A DNA stretch of 63,962 nt, the filler included, from Asterionella formosa (Eukaryota): assembly GCA_002256025.1 (NCBI GenBank). It is 27 parts of 27 records of this genome, joined end to end, with 100 filler letters (N's around TTAATTAATTAA, not from the genome) between each part and the next. Parts side by side here need not be neighbours in the genome. Positions count along the whole stretch, not along the records: positions 37,968 to 39,419 come from NKIB01002370.1; positions 39,520 to 40,716 come from NKIB01002371.1; positions 40,817 to 42,267 come from NKIB01002372.1; positions 42,368 to 43,818 come from NKIB01002373.1; positions 43,919 to 45,369 come from NKIB01002374.1; positions 45,470 to 46,918 come from NKIB01002376.1; positions 47,019 to 48,468 come from NKIB01002377.1; positions 48,569 to 50,018 come from NKIB01002378.1; 19 more parts are not named here. The stretch is one strand, 5' to 3'. Positions 37,968 to 50,118 of this stretch are shown here, in pieces; within the stretch, counting starts at the first letter, position 1, and every line of letters begins with the position of its first letter. The notes under the pieces are model-generated. The model was not told the DNA's origin, did no database searches, and worked only from the letters and a program-made list of their open reading frames with translations. Made by a program: the position numbers and the translations under genes.

Positions 37968-39419
37968 CATTTGAACCCCAAATTTAAAACCAGCTCGGTG
38001 GTGTCTACTCTGTGTTGCCCTGATGATTCGTTTCTTGCGTCTTAAAACCATTGGAACCCACCAATCAAAAGCAGGCTCGGTTTCGATTTGGTTCGCTTTG
38101 GCATATTCAGCAACTTCAATTGGATTTGTTTGCTTCAAAGTCTTTAATGGGAGCCAGGATGTAGATCCGTCCCTCCATTCGACTTCTAGATCCCAACCAG
38201 TTGTTGTCTTCTTCTTATAATGTTTACCGTTTCTCTGGAAGTATTGATCACTCTTCTCCACAGCCTTCCTTGAATCACGGCGATGGTCCACAATTTCTTT
38301 GAAGAGTTGGTACTGTCTACCCTCCTCGTCTACCTGACTGAGGAGATGCTCTGCCAATATATTGTATGCGATTTGCTGTCGCTCACCATCTAAGAATTCG
38401 ACCTCATAAACCCTGGAATCTAACCTTGGAAACCTGTGCTTTCGCCCAACCAGGTTCCCGTTTGCATCCCGCTTTTGTTTAATGACCACTGCAATCATAT
38501 CGCCCTCCTTGTGTGGAAGTACGACCTGAGCCTTAATCAGTGGATCGAAACTTGGACCATTAGGATCTTCTTCCAGATCTTCATCTGTAGGGAGAATGCC
38601 ATCGGGGGTAGCCTCGAAGATCTCTTCTTCAGGCTCATCTACCTCAGACTGGAGGATAGCGTCATTATCATGGACCCCAACATGCTCCTTTATCCTAGTC
38701 TCAAATTCTTTCATTTCATCTCTCAGCATTGGATACTTTAAATAATCATCATCGACAATCGGCCTTACAGTCGACCGAGCGATGTACCGCCCATTCGCCT
38801 TAAGTACATAGTAACATAAAGCTTGCCCAACGCTCTTGGAGGGGCCAAGCCATCTCCCGAGTTTCCGTCGGGCCAGGCCACTCTCGTCCATATCATTGGG
38901 ATCATAGTAAATCACAAACTGATAGAAGTCGAAATCTGTATACTCCGAAATATCAGGAGTCTCACCTGTCATCACTTCATATGGAGATCGACCCTCAAGT
39001 GCAGGTCTAGACATGAGCTCACGGATGTTGGAGGTATATTCCGCTGCAAAACACCACAGCATGTCTGGACATCTGTACCTATTCATGATACGACGCCAAT
39101 GCGTCTTGAATTGTCCAATCTCGCTCTCAGCTCTGTTCATCCAGGGGCTGTGAGGCTCTGTTGTTGTGCGAGGAACTAAGTGGATCTTCCGGACTCTCTC
39201 GAACTCTGTGAAGTCCCCCGTTTCCGCAGCTGCATTGTCTGAGTGGATACCTAGTTCTGGAATCCCATATTGGCGGATGGCCGCATTGAATCTATCCCCA
39301 CAATCTGCCTCAGAGCGCATTGGATACACCTTGGCCCAACACTGATCATTACAGAAAAGTTGTGCACATGTGTGTCCCCTCACCGACTTCACCTTGTCCT
39401 TGGGAAACATGGTATCAGT
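37968..39419 (-). mobile_element. CoDi-type (Copia of diatoms) pol fragment: integrase core plus chromo-like region
   Basis: HSDNAAAE, TEPHSPWMNRAESEI, GETPDISEY, GRWLG, VEWRDGSTSWLPL, PAFDWWV. ORF open across the whole contig. Confidence 0.9.
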
Positions 39420-40189
39420 NNNNNNNNNNNNNNNNNNNNNNNNNNNNNNNNNNNNNNNNNNNNTTAATTAATTAANNNNNNNNNNNNNNNNNNNNNNNNN
39501 NNNNNNNNNNNNNNNNNNNAAAAAGCAAGAAAATAGAACAGTGGATAATCCACACAAGTCCTGTATCCCTTGCGGATCAGACTCATAGACTCAGGACACA
39601 CTGAAGGGGACCAACCAATAACGTTGAGGGAGAAAGGACTCATTCTCATACGCGTTGATCAATCGAAGATAGAGTTTCTTTATGGACAATTCAGGATCTC
39701 TCTGGAAATCCTTGAACATGCCAATCTCAAGTAACTTGTCCATACTGTCGCAAGTACTGTTAAACTGGTCAGTAGTGAAAGGAACACTGAAATTCGTCTT
39801 GATGTGGTTATGAGGATACATAGTATAATCATCACCATACTGAGCCCTGTGATCCTCGAAAGGACAGAAACCATCGCACATCTTGGCTGGTCTGTTCTTG
39901 AGCGAGAAAGAAGTCTCGAAGGGAGAAAAAAAAGAGAGAAGAGGAGAATAACGCAATTGTTGCGAAAAAATGCAATTATTAGAGAAATATAGAGTCACGT
40001 GAGGATGGCTGGCAGTTTTTCTGTTCCGGCAAACAGGCAGGAAGCCAGTAGTAGCTAGTGGCAATATTTTTGTGTCCAAATCCTAGCACCTGCATCTAGT
40101 ACCTACTAGATAAATAGTACAAGACGCACCAATACTCGGATGTACTATATCCAATTTCTATAAATCTCTGGCAAGCTAATTCGGATATC

Positions 40190-40716
40190 ATGTCAAAACA
40201 TATTCAGGAGCTGTCTCAGGCTGAAGCTTCCTCTGCATCTGACAGTGAAAGCGACAATGGAGTCTCTATTCCTGGAGCAGAGAACAGCGATTTCTTCAGT
40301 GACAAGGATGAAAGTCTCATTTAATCAACTGATGGTAAGAAAAACATTTCGACTATTTCTGATCACAAAGGAATTTCTTCAATTTGAGTTGAAGAAAAGT
40401 AGAAAGGAGATTGAAGAGCTTCGGGAAGTAACGAAGAAGCAAAGAATTCAACTTTCTGGTAACCATGGCATTGGAAGAGACAAGCACCATTGAACCCAAA
40501 ATGTTGGTCAATGGGTCAAACTTGAACTTTTTCCAAAAGTCAAGTTCATCACAGATGATATTGAACTTGATGAAAGGGGACCAACTAGTCTGGCACTCTC
40601 ATTTCGTGCTCACTTCCCAAGCCTATTCATGGGAACTGATAAGGACTTCGAGTCAATTTGGCAGACATATAAGAATAATATTAATTAAGTGATGTCTGAG
40701 AAAAGAAATGCCGTTG
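40190..40716 (+). pseudogene. Decayed ORF, possibly a TE-associated accessory gene
   Basis: Coding-like text (coiled-coil, then WVKLELFPKVKFIT...W.TYKN.IN*VMSEKRNAV) is interrupted by in-frame TGA/TAA stops and an upstream frame break. Confidence 0.35.
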
Positions 40717-40816
40717 NNNNNNNNNNNNNNNNNNNNNNNNNNNNNNNNNNNNNNNNNNNNTTAATTAATTAANNNNNNNNNNNNNNNNNNNNNNNNNNNN
40801 NNNNNNNNNNNNNNNN

Positions 40817-41238
40817 TCCTGTTGGTTGGTGACTGGTTTGAACATTTTCTCTAGTCCATCCGTTGGTACGTTTGTTCCATGCCACTCACTCCACTTTACG
40901 TCACGTGTATTGACCACAGTATTTGTCTCGTGATTATACATGCGATACGTATCTTGAGAGTGGTCATCTGAGTATCCCAAAAAGACACACTTGATGGAAC
41001 GTGCATCTAATTTCTTGACACCTTCTCTTATAGTAACCCAACCAACACGTCCAAATTGCCTGTAGAGCTTGTAGGGCCTCCTTGTATTCGTTTCTCCATA
41101 GAACACATCATCAGGACTCTTCTTAGTCACTGAATTCACTGTACTGTTCGTCAATCTTGTCGCAGTATGTACCGCTTCTGCCCACAATAGCCCCTGATAT
41201 TCATCTGTAAACTTCGCACTTAGCATCATAGCGAGTGC
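40817..41238 (-). mobile_element. Second Copia family, integrase C-terminal/SH3-like fragment, interrupted by a nested insertion
   Basis: ALAMM...LWAEAVHTATRL.N, KCVFLGY, YRMYN, TRDVKW. Abuts the LTR end at 41239. Confidence 0.88.
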
Positions 41239-42267
41239 TGTGTGTGTTGAGAGGGAGAAACGCTTGCAACGGATGCCAGCGGCAGCTACATTAACAAGGA
41301 ACTGAGATTCTAAAGTAGTATTTAACTAGCTGTAGAGGGACCAGTACTCACGGGAATTAAGCACTTACAGGAATCTTGGTAGGATATACGGAGTAACCGG
41401 TATATGGTACCAACACCCCCCTCAAGTGAGAAAATTCCCATGAGACGGGACAATAATATTGCGGAGGCGGAGAAAATGGGCATCATCTTTATGTTCTTTG
41501 GTGAACAGATCAGCAACATTGGTATCCCCTGGGAGGTGGGTGACAAAGATTTCGGAAAAACGGTGAGCGTCGCGCACAGCCATGTTGCGGATATTAATAT
41601 GCCGCATCTTTTTGTTAGCACAGTTGTGGGACCAGTCCACAGCACCTCGGTTGTCATTCCAAAGAGGGGTGGGGAGAGTTACATCAGGCATGTGGAGGTC
41701 ACTAAGGATATGGCGGATGAATTGGGTAACCTTGGTGCCCTCATCTGCAGATTTGATTTCAGATTCGCAGGTACTGCGGCTCACACGAGGTTCACGAATG
41801 ACATGCCAGGCAATGGGGCCACCTGTACGTGTACTGATGGAACCAAGAAGGGAGCAACACTCGGCAAGAGAGATGATGTCGGTGGGGTTGGGTTTGGAAG
41901 CATCTTGGGGGCCCCAGTTGGCATCGGTGTAAGGGGTGAGAGTGGGAGTGTCCTTGGGCCAGCCAAAGGTGGTGGAGAGGTATGAGGAAGCAAATTGCGA
42001 GGTAAAGGCAATGCCATGATCGGCAGAGCCAGCCAGGTATCGTAACACATACTTGGCACCTAAAAGGTGAGCAGGGGTGGCATAGGAGTTGTGCTGAGCC
42101 AGGAGAGTGAGGGCCACAGAGACATCAGGACGTGTGCTGACAGCCAGCCAATTGAGAGCCCCAATGAGTGACTGGTATTGTGTAATAATGGCCGCGCGAG
42201 CTTTGGGGGAAAGTTCAGCACCATCAGGCACAATGCGGTCATAGACCAGGCCAGAGCGATAAGGGGT
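41239..42267 (-). mobile_element. Ty1/Copia 3' end, copy 2 (LTR 41239-41415)
   Basis: Identical to 36839-37867 except for 3 substitutions seen by eye; the flank is different. Confidence 0.95.
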
Positions 42268-42367
42268 NNNNNNNNNNNNNNNNNNNNNNNNNNNNNNNNN
42301 NNNNNNNNNNNTTAATTAATTAANNNNNNNNNNNNNNNNNNNNNNNNNNNNNNNNNNNNNNNNNNNN

Positions 42368-43818
42368 ACATTGACGCAGTTCAGATCCTCAGCAGCCTGA
42401 CACAAACGCGCGGCCATGGCTTCCTCACCAGAACGGAGAGCCATACGAGGATCGTAATACTTCTTGTTGGGAACCTCAGGACCAGAGGGGTTTCCAATCT
42501 GCCCCTGAAGGTAATCGTGGTTTTTGGCCTCATATTGACGGATTCCGTCCCAGAACGCCCACTGGGTGTCGGTGTCAATGTTCATCTTGATGACACCAGC
42601 CTTGATGGCATACTTGATATCCTCAGCGGACGATCCAGATCCTCCGTGAAAAACAAACTTCATTGGCTTGTCATCATCACATCCAAGCTTCTCCTTGATG
42701 TACTCCTGGGAGTTGTAAAGGATGATAGGCTTCAAGTCGACATTTCCAGGGGCGTACACACCATGCACGTTTCCGAACGAAGCGGCGCAGGTGAATGCTG
42801 CGTTGGGCACCTTGCTCAACTCTTGGTAAGCATACCAGACCTCCTCGGGCTGAGTGTAAAGGCGACTGGAGTCAACATCGGAGTTATCGACACCATCTTC
42901 CTCTCCTCCAGTCACACCAAGCTCGAACTCGAGCAAAATATTGACCTTGGCCATTCGCTCCATGTACTTCTTGCAGATGGCAATGTTCTCCTCAAGAGGC
43001 TCCTCCGACAAGTCAAGCATGTGGGAAGAAAATAGTGGCTCACCGTGTTGGGCGAAGTACTCCTCGTTGGCATCCATGAGTCCATCCATCCATGGCAACC
43101 ATGCCTTTTGGCAATGGTCTGTGTGGAGAATAACAGGAACACCGTAAAGAGCAGCGACCTGACGAACGTGAAGGGCTCCAGCAATGGCTCCGGCAATGGA
43201 TGCCTTGTCATCACTGTTGTCTGCTTTCTTACCGGCGATGAACTGTCCTCCTCCCTTGGAAAAGGTGACCATGATGGGTCCACCGTACTTGGCAGCGGCC
43301 TCCATGCAGGCATTGATAGAGTTGGTTCCAACAATGTTAACTCCTGGAATGGCGAAACCCTTTTCCTTGGCATGATCGAGGAGGTCGACGAGTGCCTTTC
43401 CAGTGACGACACCAGGCTTGACAGAGGTAGGAAGCTTGGTGAAGACAACCTATGGAACAGATACAACCGGTTTGGTATGGTAGTCAGTTTTCAGTTAGTA
43501 AGATCAGTTTTAGTTAGTTGTAGTATCGAATGGAGCAAGCAAACAGTGAGTACCGGTACCAGTCAGATCCAATACGAGGAATGATCAAATCAATGTAATT
43601 GAGGAAAAAACAGGTACGAGTTGTGCTACCACAATCCAGCGCGCAAAAGCAAATCTTCCAGAGACAAGACCTTCAGCAGACTGGCCAGGCCACAACTGAA
43701 CCCTCTCTTTCTCACTCGAGGCACAGCAACTCATCTCATTTGTTCTTACATCAGAGGTTGCGACAGCGTTCAGGGCCGAACGGCGGGTGCCGAAGGTGGC
43801 AGCTGGGGCGAAAGCCAA
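42368..43818 (-). CDS. FBAC: Plastid class II fructose-bisphosphate aldolase (FBAC1/FBAC2-type), both ends truncated
   Basis: LA|FAP transit start, intron 43450-43749, KPGVVTG, HTDHC, SSHMLDLS, GVTGGEEDG, FGNVHGVY, FHGGSGS, KMNIDTD, KKYYDPR. Confidence 0.95.
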
Positions 43819-43918
43819 NNNNNNNNNNNNNNNNNNNNNNNNNNNNNNNNNNNNNNNNNNNNTTAATTAATTAANNNNNNNNNNNNNNNNNNNNNNNNNN
43901 NNNNNNNNNNNNNNNNNN

Positions 43919-44047
43919 TGTATTCAGATAATATATAGATATATTCAAGTAAGCATTTTGATGTATTCAACTAATTCATGTGATCCATTCAAAATCAACT
44001 AGGCTTATTTACGTGATGGTCACTTCACGTAATACGCGGCTTAGATG
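43919..44047 (+). repeat. Repeat segment shared with 52424-52552
   Basis: tgtattcaga...aaatcaactaggcttatttacgtgatggtcacttcacgtaatacgcggcttagatgt is present in both contigs. Confidence 0.85.
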
Positions 44048-46008
44048 TAGTAGGCTTATGTCATCGCTTAACTCTATCAAAGAATCATGTTATTTGTATG
44101 AATTTTTAACTACCCGACCTGCTTTATCAGCTTGCAACAACTGGTGGACCCGCAGTGACAAATTTGCATGACACAGTGATAGCGAATCCAGAAAGCTTCT
44201 TGATTCAATTCACCAATCAATAATGCGCCAGAGTTTAAAAACTTGAAGTCGGTAATTAATAGACAAACGCATTCGAATGCTTTTTTCTAGCAGTAAGAAC
44301 TGGGTGGTAAATCGATGATAGTTGGCAATCAATTGGGCTTGAATTGGTAACGAAAACGATGAAGTATGACACTAGCTATGCATACTAGGCATGGATGGTA
44401 AACAGAATAAATAATCAAACGAACATTTTCATGGCTGTCATGATATCTAGTCATCATCTTTCTATTTTAAAATCACATCCACACAAGCAACGAGCTGTTA
44501 GAATAGTGGTCGCATTCCCTACATGCAACTCTCACAACATACTACTACAACCCAAAGTTCACTTGCAATTTTGCTGCATACACTAGCTAGTATTTCAGAG
44601 ATCGACGAGACAACATGGACTTTGGTTGATTGCTGTGAGAAGCGATCGTCGCTTCATACAAGTAAGCACAACCGTAGCTAGCAATGAGAAAGGTGAAATG
44701 TGGCAAACTGTAGACCGATCATATGGTTTCGCAATATTTAATGACAAGGACAACGAAAAGTTCATGCCGACAAGATTGTATAACACACCGGTACGTCCTG
44801 ATATGTATGTATGCGCATTCATCAGGTACCAGGTACCATATGTACCGGTATTGGTACTGGTCCATAATATCATAATATGTCATAACTACAAGGTAGCAGG
44901 TACCGTCCAGTATAATTCTCTATTTATTTATCTACCGGTGGTACTTGGTATATATATATGCCAGGCAGAAAGTAGTACCAGGTACCTATACATCCAATCC
45001 ATCATGTACTGACCTCAAGATAATTACGCTATGAACCATCACAATCCGTCATCCGTTTTACACTGTACAAAAGTATTGAATGCAGCGAGTCATTAATAGG
45101 TTTTCCCGCACCTAAAATTCCAAGAACTGAAAAGGAAGTTTAACTATGTCTGTAGCCTTGTACCAATATTTGTCTGTATGGCTGGGTGCACCCACGAAGT
45201 ACATCGGGTAGCCGCCCGTACCTTGTAGTATGTTTGAAATTTAACAATAAGTCTTTGAATACTGATGCTTAGCGACCTTAACCTCTGACTACACATTTTT
45301 TGTTGTCGTCGAATTGAAATGTCAGAAATGTGAGATTGTGCCTGGAGGAACAGCAACTGATAAATAAATNNNNNNNNNNNNNNNNNNNNNNNNNNNNNNN
45401 NNNNNNNNNNNNNTTAATTAATTAANNNNNNNNNNNNNNNNNNNNNNNNNNNNNNNNNNNNNNNNNNNNCTACAATGAACATTCGTTTGTATGACCGACA
45501 TATATACTGTATACAGTACGTCAAAGTGTCGATCTGTTCGACCTGCCTTTTTTGGACAAAATAGCTGTTCTTTACCGTGTCCTCGGAGTATACAGGCATA
45601 TATACACATACATGAATTTGGTAAAGCTTACTACATATGATAAATTTACTTTGATTGCACTTACATTTATTTAGCCCCATAGTAATTACCCGTACATTAT
45701 TGACGAAATTCTACCAAAGTAGTATTTTTCTGTAGGGCTCCGGTAGTGTTCTACTCTGGACAGGTCAATACTGTCCGGTACCCCTCCCTTGCTTGACCGT
45801 GGTGAAAATATGGTATAGACAAAGGCAAAAATTCTACCCAGTAGTACTGGGGGTAGAATTTTTTTCACATTTTGGTAGAATATTCTACCAACGGACCAAT
45901 GGAACCCTGCAGTATGCCATGGTATTTTCCAAGAAATTCTACCACGATACAACATGGTATGAAATGGGATTGAAGTAAAAAATTAAACTAAATATCAACA
46001 TAGCGACA

Positions 46009-46918
46009 ATGCCAACAAGAAGAGTAAATGAACCTACACAATCCCCTGTTTACAAGAGTGTCCTAATTGCTATGATGTCATACAGAGATGGCATAGAATA
46101 TTCTAAAAGCTACGAGTTTAGTCCAGAGGAACTTGGGGAAGTTACACCTGAGGATGTCTACAAATGGATGGCTATGAAAGTCTATGGCCGTCCTGATCCA
46201 AACAATGATGACAATCCAACACATGGCCGGTCTTCTTCCCTGGAATACTACAAAAAGGCATTGTCGTATTTTATGCCAAATCGACTCTCCACTTGGAATG
46301 CTATTATGCACAGTGGCAATCCAACAAGGTCTGTGCCTGTCAATAATCTCATCAAGGCAGTAAAAAAGAAGGAAGTGTGCAGACAAGGGAAACCATCACA
46401 AGCAAGGCGACCCCTAGAATCCCAAGAGTTCTCCAGTACAATGCATATCCTTCATTCATTCAAGGACAGTATCCATCGGTATCAGTTGCCTGCACTATGT
46501 GTCTTTCAATTCCACATGGTCGGCCGAATTGACGATTGTGTGCAATTAACAAAAATAAACCTAACTGCGAATCTTCGATTTCCTTTCACTCTGATGGCCA
46601 AGCTGTGTTGGACAAAAAACGCTAAAGAAGAGAGGGAGGCACCAAACCAGGTACTCATTGCATCCATGTCGCAAGACTATTGCGTTCTCCTTGCCTTGGC
46701 TGTTCATCTTGAGACAGAATGTATGGAACAAGGCGCATCACCTGAAAATCCATGGGTGTTTTCGCTACAAACCAACAATCCATCAAATGCTAAAAGAAAG
46801 GCCTATACAATTCTGCGTGATGATGTATGGGAAAGTAGTGAGTTCAAACGAATGAACAATGGTTTGATTGGCACACACAGCCTTCGGAAGTACCCATCAA
46901 CACATGCACGTCGAAATG
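46009..46918 (+). mobile_element. Crypton-type (CryptonS-like) tyrosine recombinase, 3'-truncated
   Basis: RSSSLEYYKKALSYFMP, GNPTRS..VN.LIK.VKK.E, QFHMVGRIDD (catalytic Arg) and GTHSLRK (H-x-x-R box), as in stramenopile Cryptons. Confidence 0.8.
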
Positions 46919-47018
46919 NNNNNNNNNNNNNNNNNNNNNNNNNNNNNNNNNNNNNNNNNNNNTTAATTAATTAANNNNNNNNNNNNNNNNNNNNNNNNNN
47001 NNNNNNNNNNNNNNNNNN

Positions 47019-48468
47019 TCAACATGTTTATAATCGACTTTGCTGCCTGTCTCAAGACCTTAAAGAAGCTCCTAAAACTCATGATAACTCATCCAGAAGA
47101 TCAAGAGGTTTCCGCCAAGGAAGATTTGAGGTTGATTGTCATTTTGCTTGATCAACAATGCGTGGCAACAAGTGTTTGAATGGAACAATGAAAAGAACAC
47201 AAAATAATTGATTTGCTTGGTTTTGACTTACTTCGAGAGTCAACAATCATTAAAAGATCAACTCAAGCACATCCTCAAGCATGAGTTCTACCATAAGCCG
47301 AAATCGACTTCGCATCGCTTGTTGAAGGCAATCGTGTTATGTCGAGAGAACGCGCATGCCTGGTGTCGATTTTCTAACACAAAATCGTAAATAAATAGTT
47401 GAAGTTGAAGACAATTCCATGACGCATCAAGAAAATAAGCGTGACTGGTGTCAATTTTAACAAAAGATCGTCTTCGCATTGCTAAATGCAGTCCTGTGAT
47501 GTATCAAGAATACAAACTCCATTTCAAGCGTAAATTTGTACATGATAATTTTATACTCAGTGGTGATGGCAGGGCACATGCATTTTAGTGCAGCCGGCCA
47601 CGCATGGGATATGAAACAACGGTCAAACATAAGATTCATGGAGTTAACATTACTAACACTACTAACCTTGTTCCTGTTCGGAATCCTGTGCCTGTTCCAC
47701 ATGCTCGTATGTTAAATACATGGAGTCATAATACTCGTCCATCCGGTTGGGGTACCGTGCCACGTGCCGATCCTACCGAGAATACATCTGCCCAGGAAAT
47801 TTCAGTGGTCACGAACCCTCCTGCTGGCCAGATAGTGACTTTTGTCCCTACTATACAACAGCAGATTGCTGATCGCCATTACAGAGGTATGTGCGATAAT
47901 AGCGATGCTATTTATAATGACTCGTTGAGTATATCTCACGTTAGTCATCACCTGAATAATATTGTTTATTTACAGGTTGAATACACTATGAATACCGCGG
48001 TTAATGTTACGCGGGATATATATAACTGCATTGATGGACATGATGTTCCATATACATATCAGGGCCCAATTCCGGTTTCCTGTTTTACTTCTAAGGATAT
48101 ATTAACATCAATTGTTTCCAGAATCCTCGTACTCAAGGTGGTCGAGCAGGTCACATGACTGGTCGTCATAATGGATATGGCCGTTCCAGTTTTGGTAGAC
48201 GAGGACATTTTAGTGGTCATGAACCCTCCTGTTGGTCAGTTAGTGGCCGATGTGCCTAATAAAAAACCAGCAGAATGCTGAACATATCGCCTTAACAGAA
48301 TTATGTGCGACAATAGCAACAATGCTATGATTTTAATAATATACATATATATATATATTTATGAGCGACAGCACATTGAATATGTCTTACGTCAATCATT
48401 ACCTGAATAACTTTTGTTATTTACAGGATAATTACAGGTTGGATATCACCGCTATTTTAACACGGGAT
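47019..48468 (+). repeat. Dispersed repeat family B, copy 1
   Basis: 47019-47680 matches about 62817-63480. 48203-48468 matches about 63623-63902. 48361-48468 matches about 58913-59021. Confidence 0.9.
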
Positions 48469-48568
48469 NNNNNNNNNNNNNNNNNNNNNNNNNNNNNNNN
48501 NNNNNNNNNNNNTTAATTAATTAANNNNNNNNNNNNNNNNNNNNNNNNNNNNNNNNNNNNNNNNNNNN

Positions 48569-49468
48569 GGTGAACAACATAGTGGCAGTGTGCGGTATAA
48601 CTCTGTCATTATTGCTGGAGACATCATTGTAACCTGGTAGTAACAAGGACTTTATCATATGCCAAAATGGTTTTACATTTGGCAGATCCAGCTTTGAATA
48701 TTTTAAGCTGTCAGTATAATTCTTGAAAGGAAACACTTGCATGGCTTTTCCTTCCATAGTATTTGCAAGTTCTTTGTATTTTGCAGTTGTTTTGAATGTT
48801 TGTTGCAACAAACGAATAGGAGGGTGATAGATTTTCTCGGAAGTACAAAAAGATTTTGCCACATGTAAAAATGGATCGTCTTTTTCTTCTGTTCCAAAAA
48901 ACTCATCTGGAAGGAAAGATAAATTGAGGAAAAACACACGTTCTTGTTCAATTCCGTCAATAACATAAAGGAAGTTATCTGTTCTCAGAACTGTTTTGAT
49001 TAGCCGTAATGAATCAGTGATGAAACATAGGAAGTCTTCTATCTCTGCTGCATTTGGCGGCATATTGTTGTCTTTCTGATGTAGTCTAAAATCTCGAGGA
49101 AAGTGAGTCTTCCATAAAATCATCGCTGGTCCTATATGATTCCGAAATTTCCTTGAAATTCCAAATGATGTTTTGTTAAACAAGCCAGACTCTAGGACCA
49201 CATAGAATTTGTTGAGAACAAAATCCAGGACACTGTCATCTAGCCTCGTCTCCTTGCCTTTGTCATCATGATCAAAGTATCTAACCAGTAAGAGTCGTTC
49301 CTTACTTTTCCGTTGTCTCTTGAACAGGCATGAAATGCGCCATAGAAACACGTTTTTCCTGATTGAACAATCTGCAATTGGTACCCCCTTCACAACCATT
49401 ATCGTTCCATTCCTTGTAGCACTCGGAACATTTGCCATTCCGCCCAGATAACAAATGATATATTGCAC
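48569..49468 (-). CDS. Hypothetical protein (about 300 aa, 3'-truncated)
   Basis: Long stop-free ORF with globular composition; no recognised motif. Confidence 0.5.
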
Positions 49469-49599
49469 TATCGATAGCGTGCGAATGTCAAGAGAAACAA
49501 GGAAGCAGAAAGGGATAATGGTCTGTCAACAAAGGATTAAACAGTGGGCGAGTGCTGCATCGGAAGCGATGCAGCACCGACATACTCAGTAATATACAT

Positions 49600-50018
49600 T
49601 AGATTGGTAGCGCAAAGCTACAGTTTCATAGTACAAGCGTAGTAATAGGAATAGTTTCAGAGTAGACACGTCATGTTCCGACCGGGTATTGAAACAAGAG
49701 GAAGAAGGGAATACTGGTATGGCAAAACTACAGTCTCACAGTACTAACGTATCAATAGGTACAGTTTCTTAGTACCATCGTCATTTTCCGACCGGGTATT
49801 GAAACAAGAGGAAGAAGGGAATGCTGGTAGGGCAAAACTACAGTCTCACAGTACTAACGTAGCAATAACTACAGTTTCACATTAGCCACGTAATTTTCCG
49901 ACCGGGTATTGAAACAAGAGGAAGAAGGGAATGCTGGTAGGGCAAACCTACCGTCTCACAGTACTAACGTATCAATAGGTACAGTTTCACAGTAGCCACA
50001 TCATGTTCCGACCGGGTA
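49600..50018 (+). repeat. 110-bp tandem repeat (minisatellite), at least 3.8 units
   Basis: accgggta recurs at 49681, 49791, 49901 and 50011, an exact 110-bp period. Confidence 0.95.
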
Positions 50019-50118
50019 NNNNNNNNNNNNNNNNNNNNNNNNNNNNNNNNNNNNNNNNNNNNTTAATTAATTAANNNNNNNNNNNNNNNNNNNNNNNNNN
50101 NNNNNNNNNNNNNNNNNN

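Noticed and set aside
49600..50018. CRISPR-like appearance (conserved block containing ATTGAAAC at fixed period)
   Set aside because: The intervening sequences are homologous to each other rather than unique spacers, the period is 110 bp, no cas genes are present, and the context is eukaryotic.
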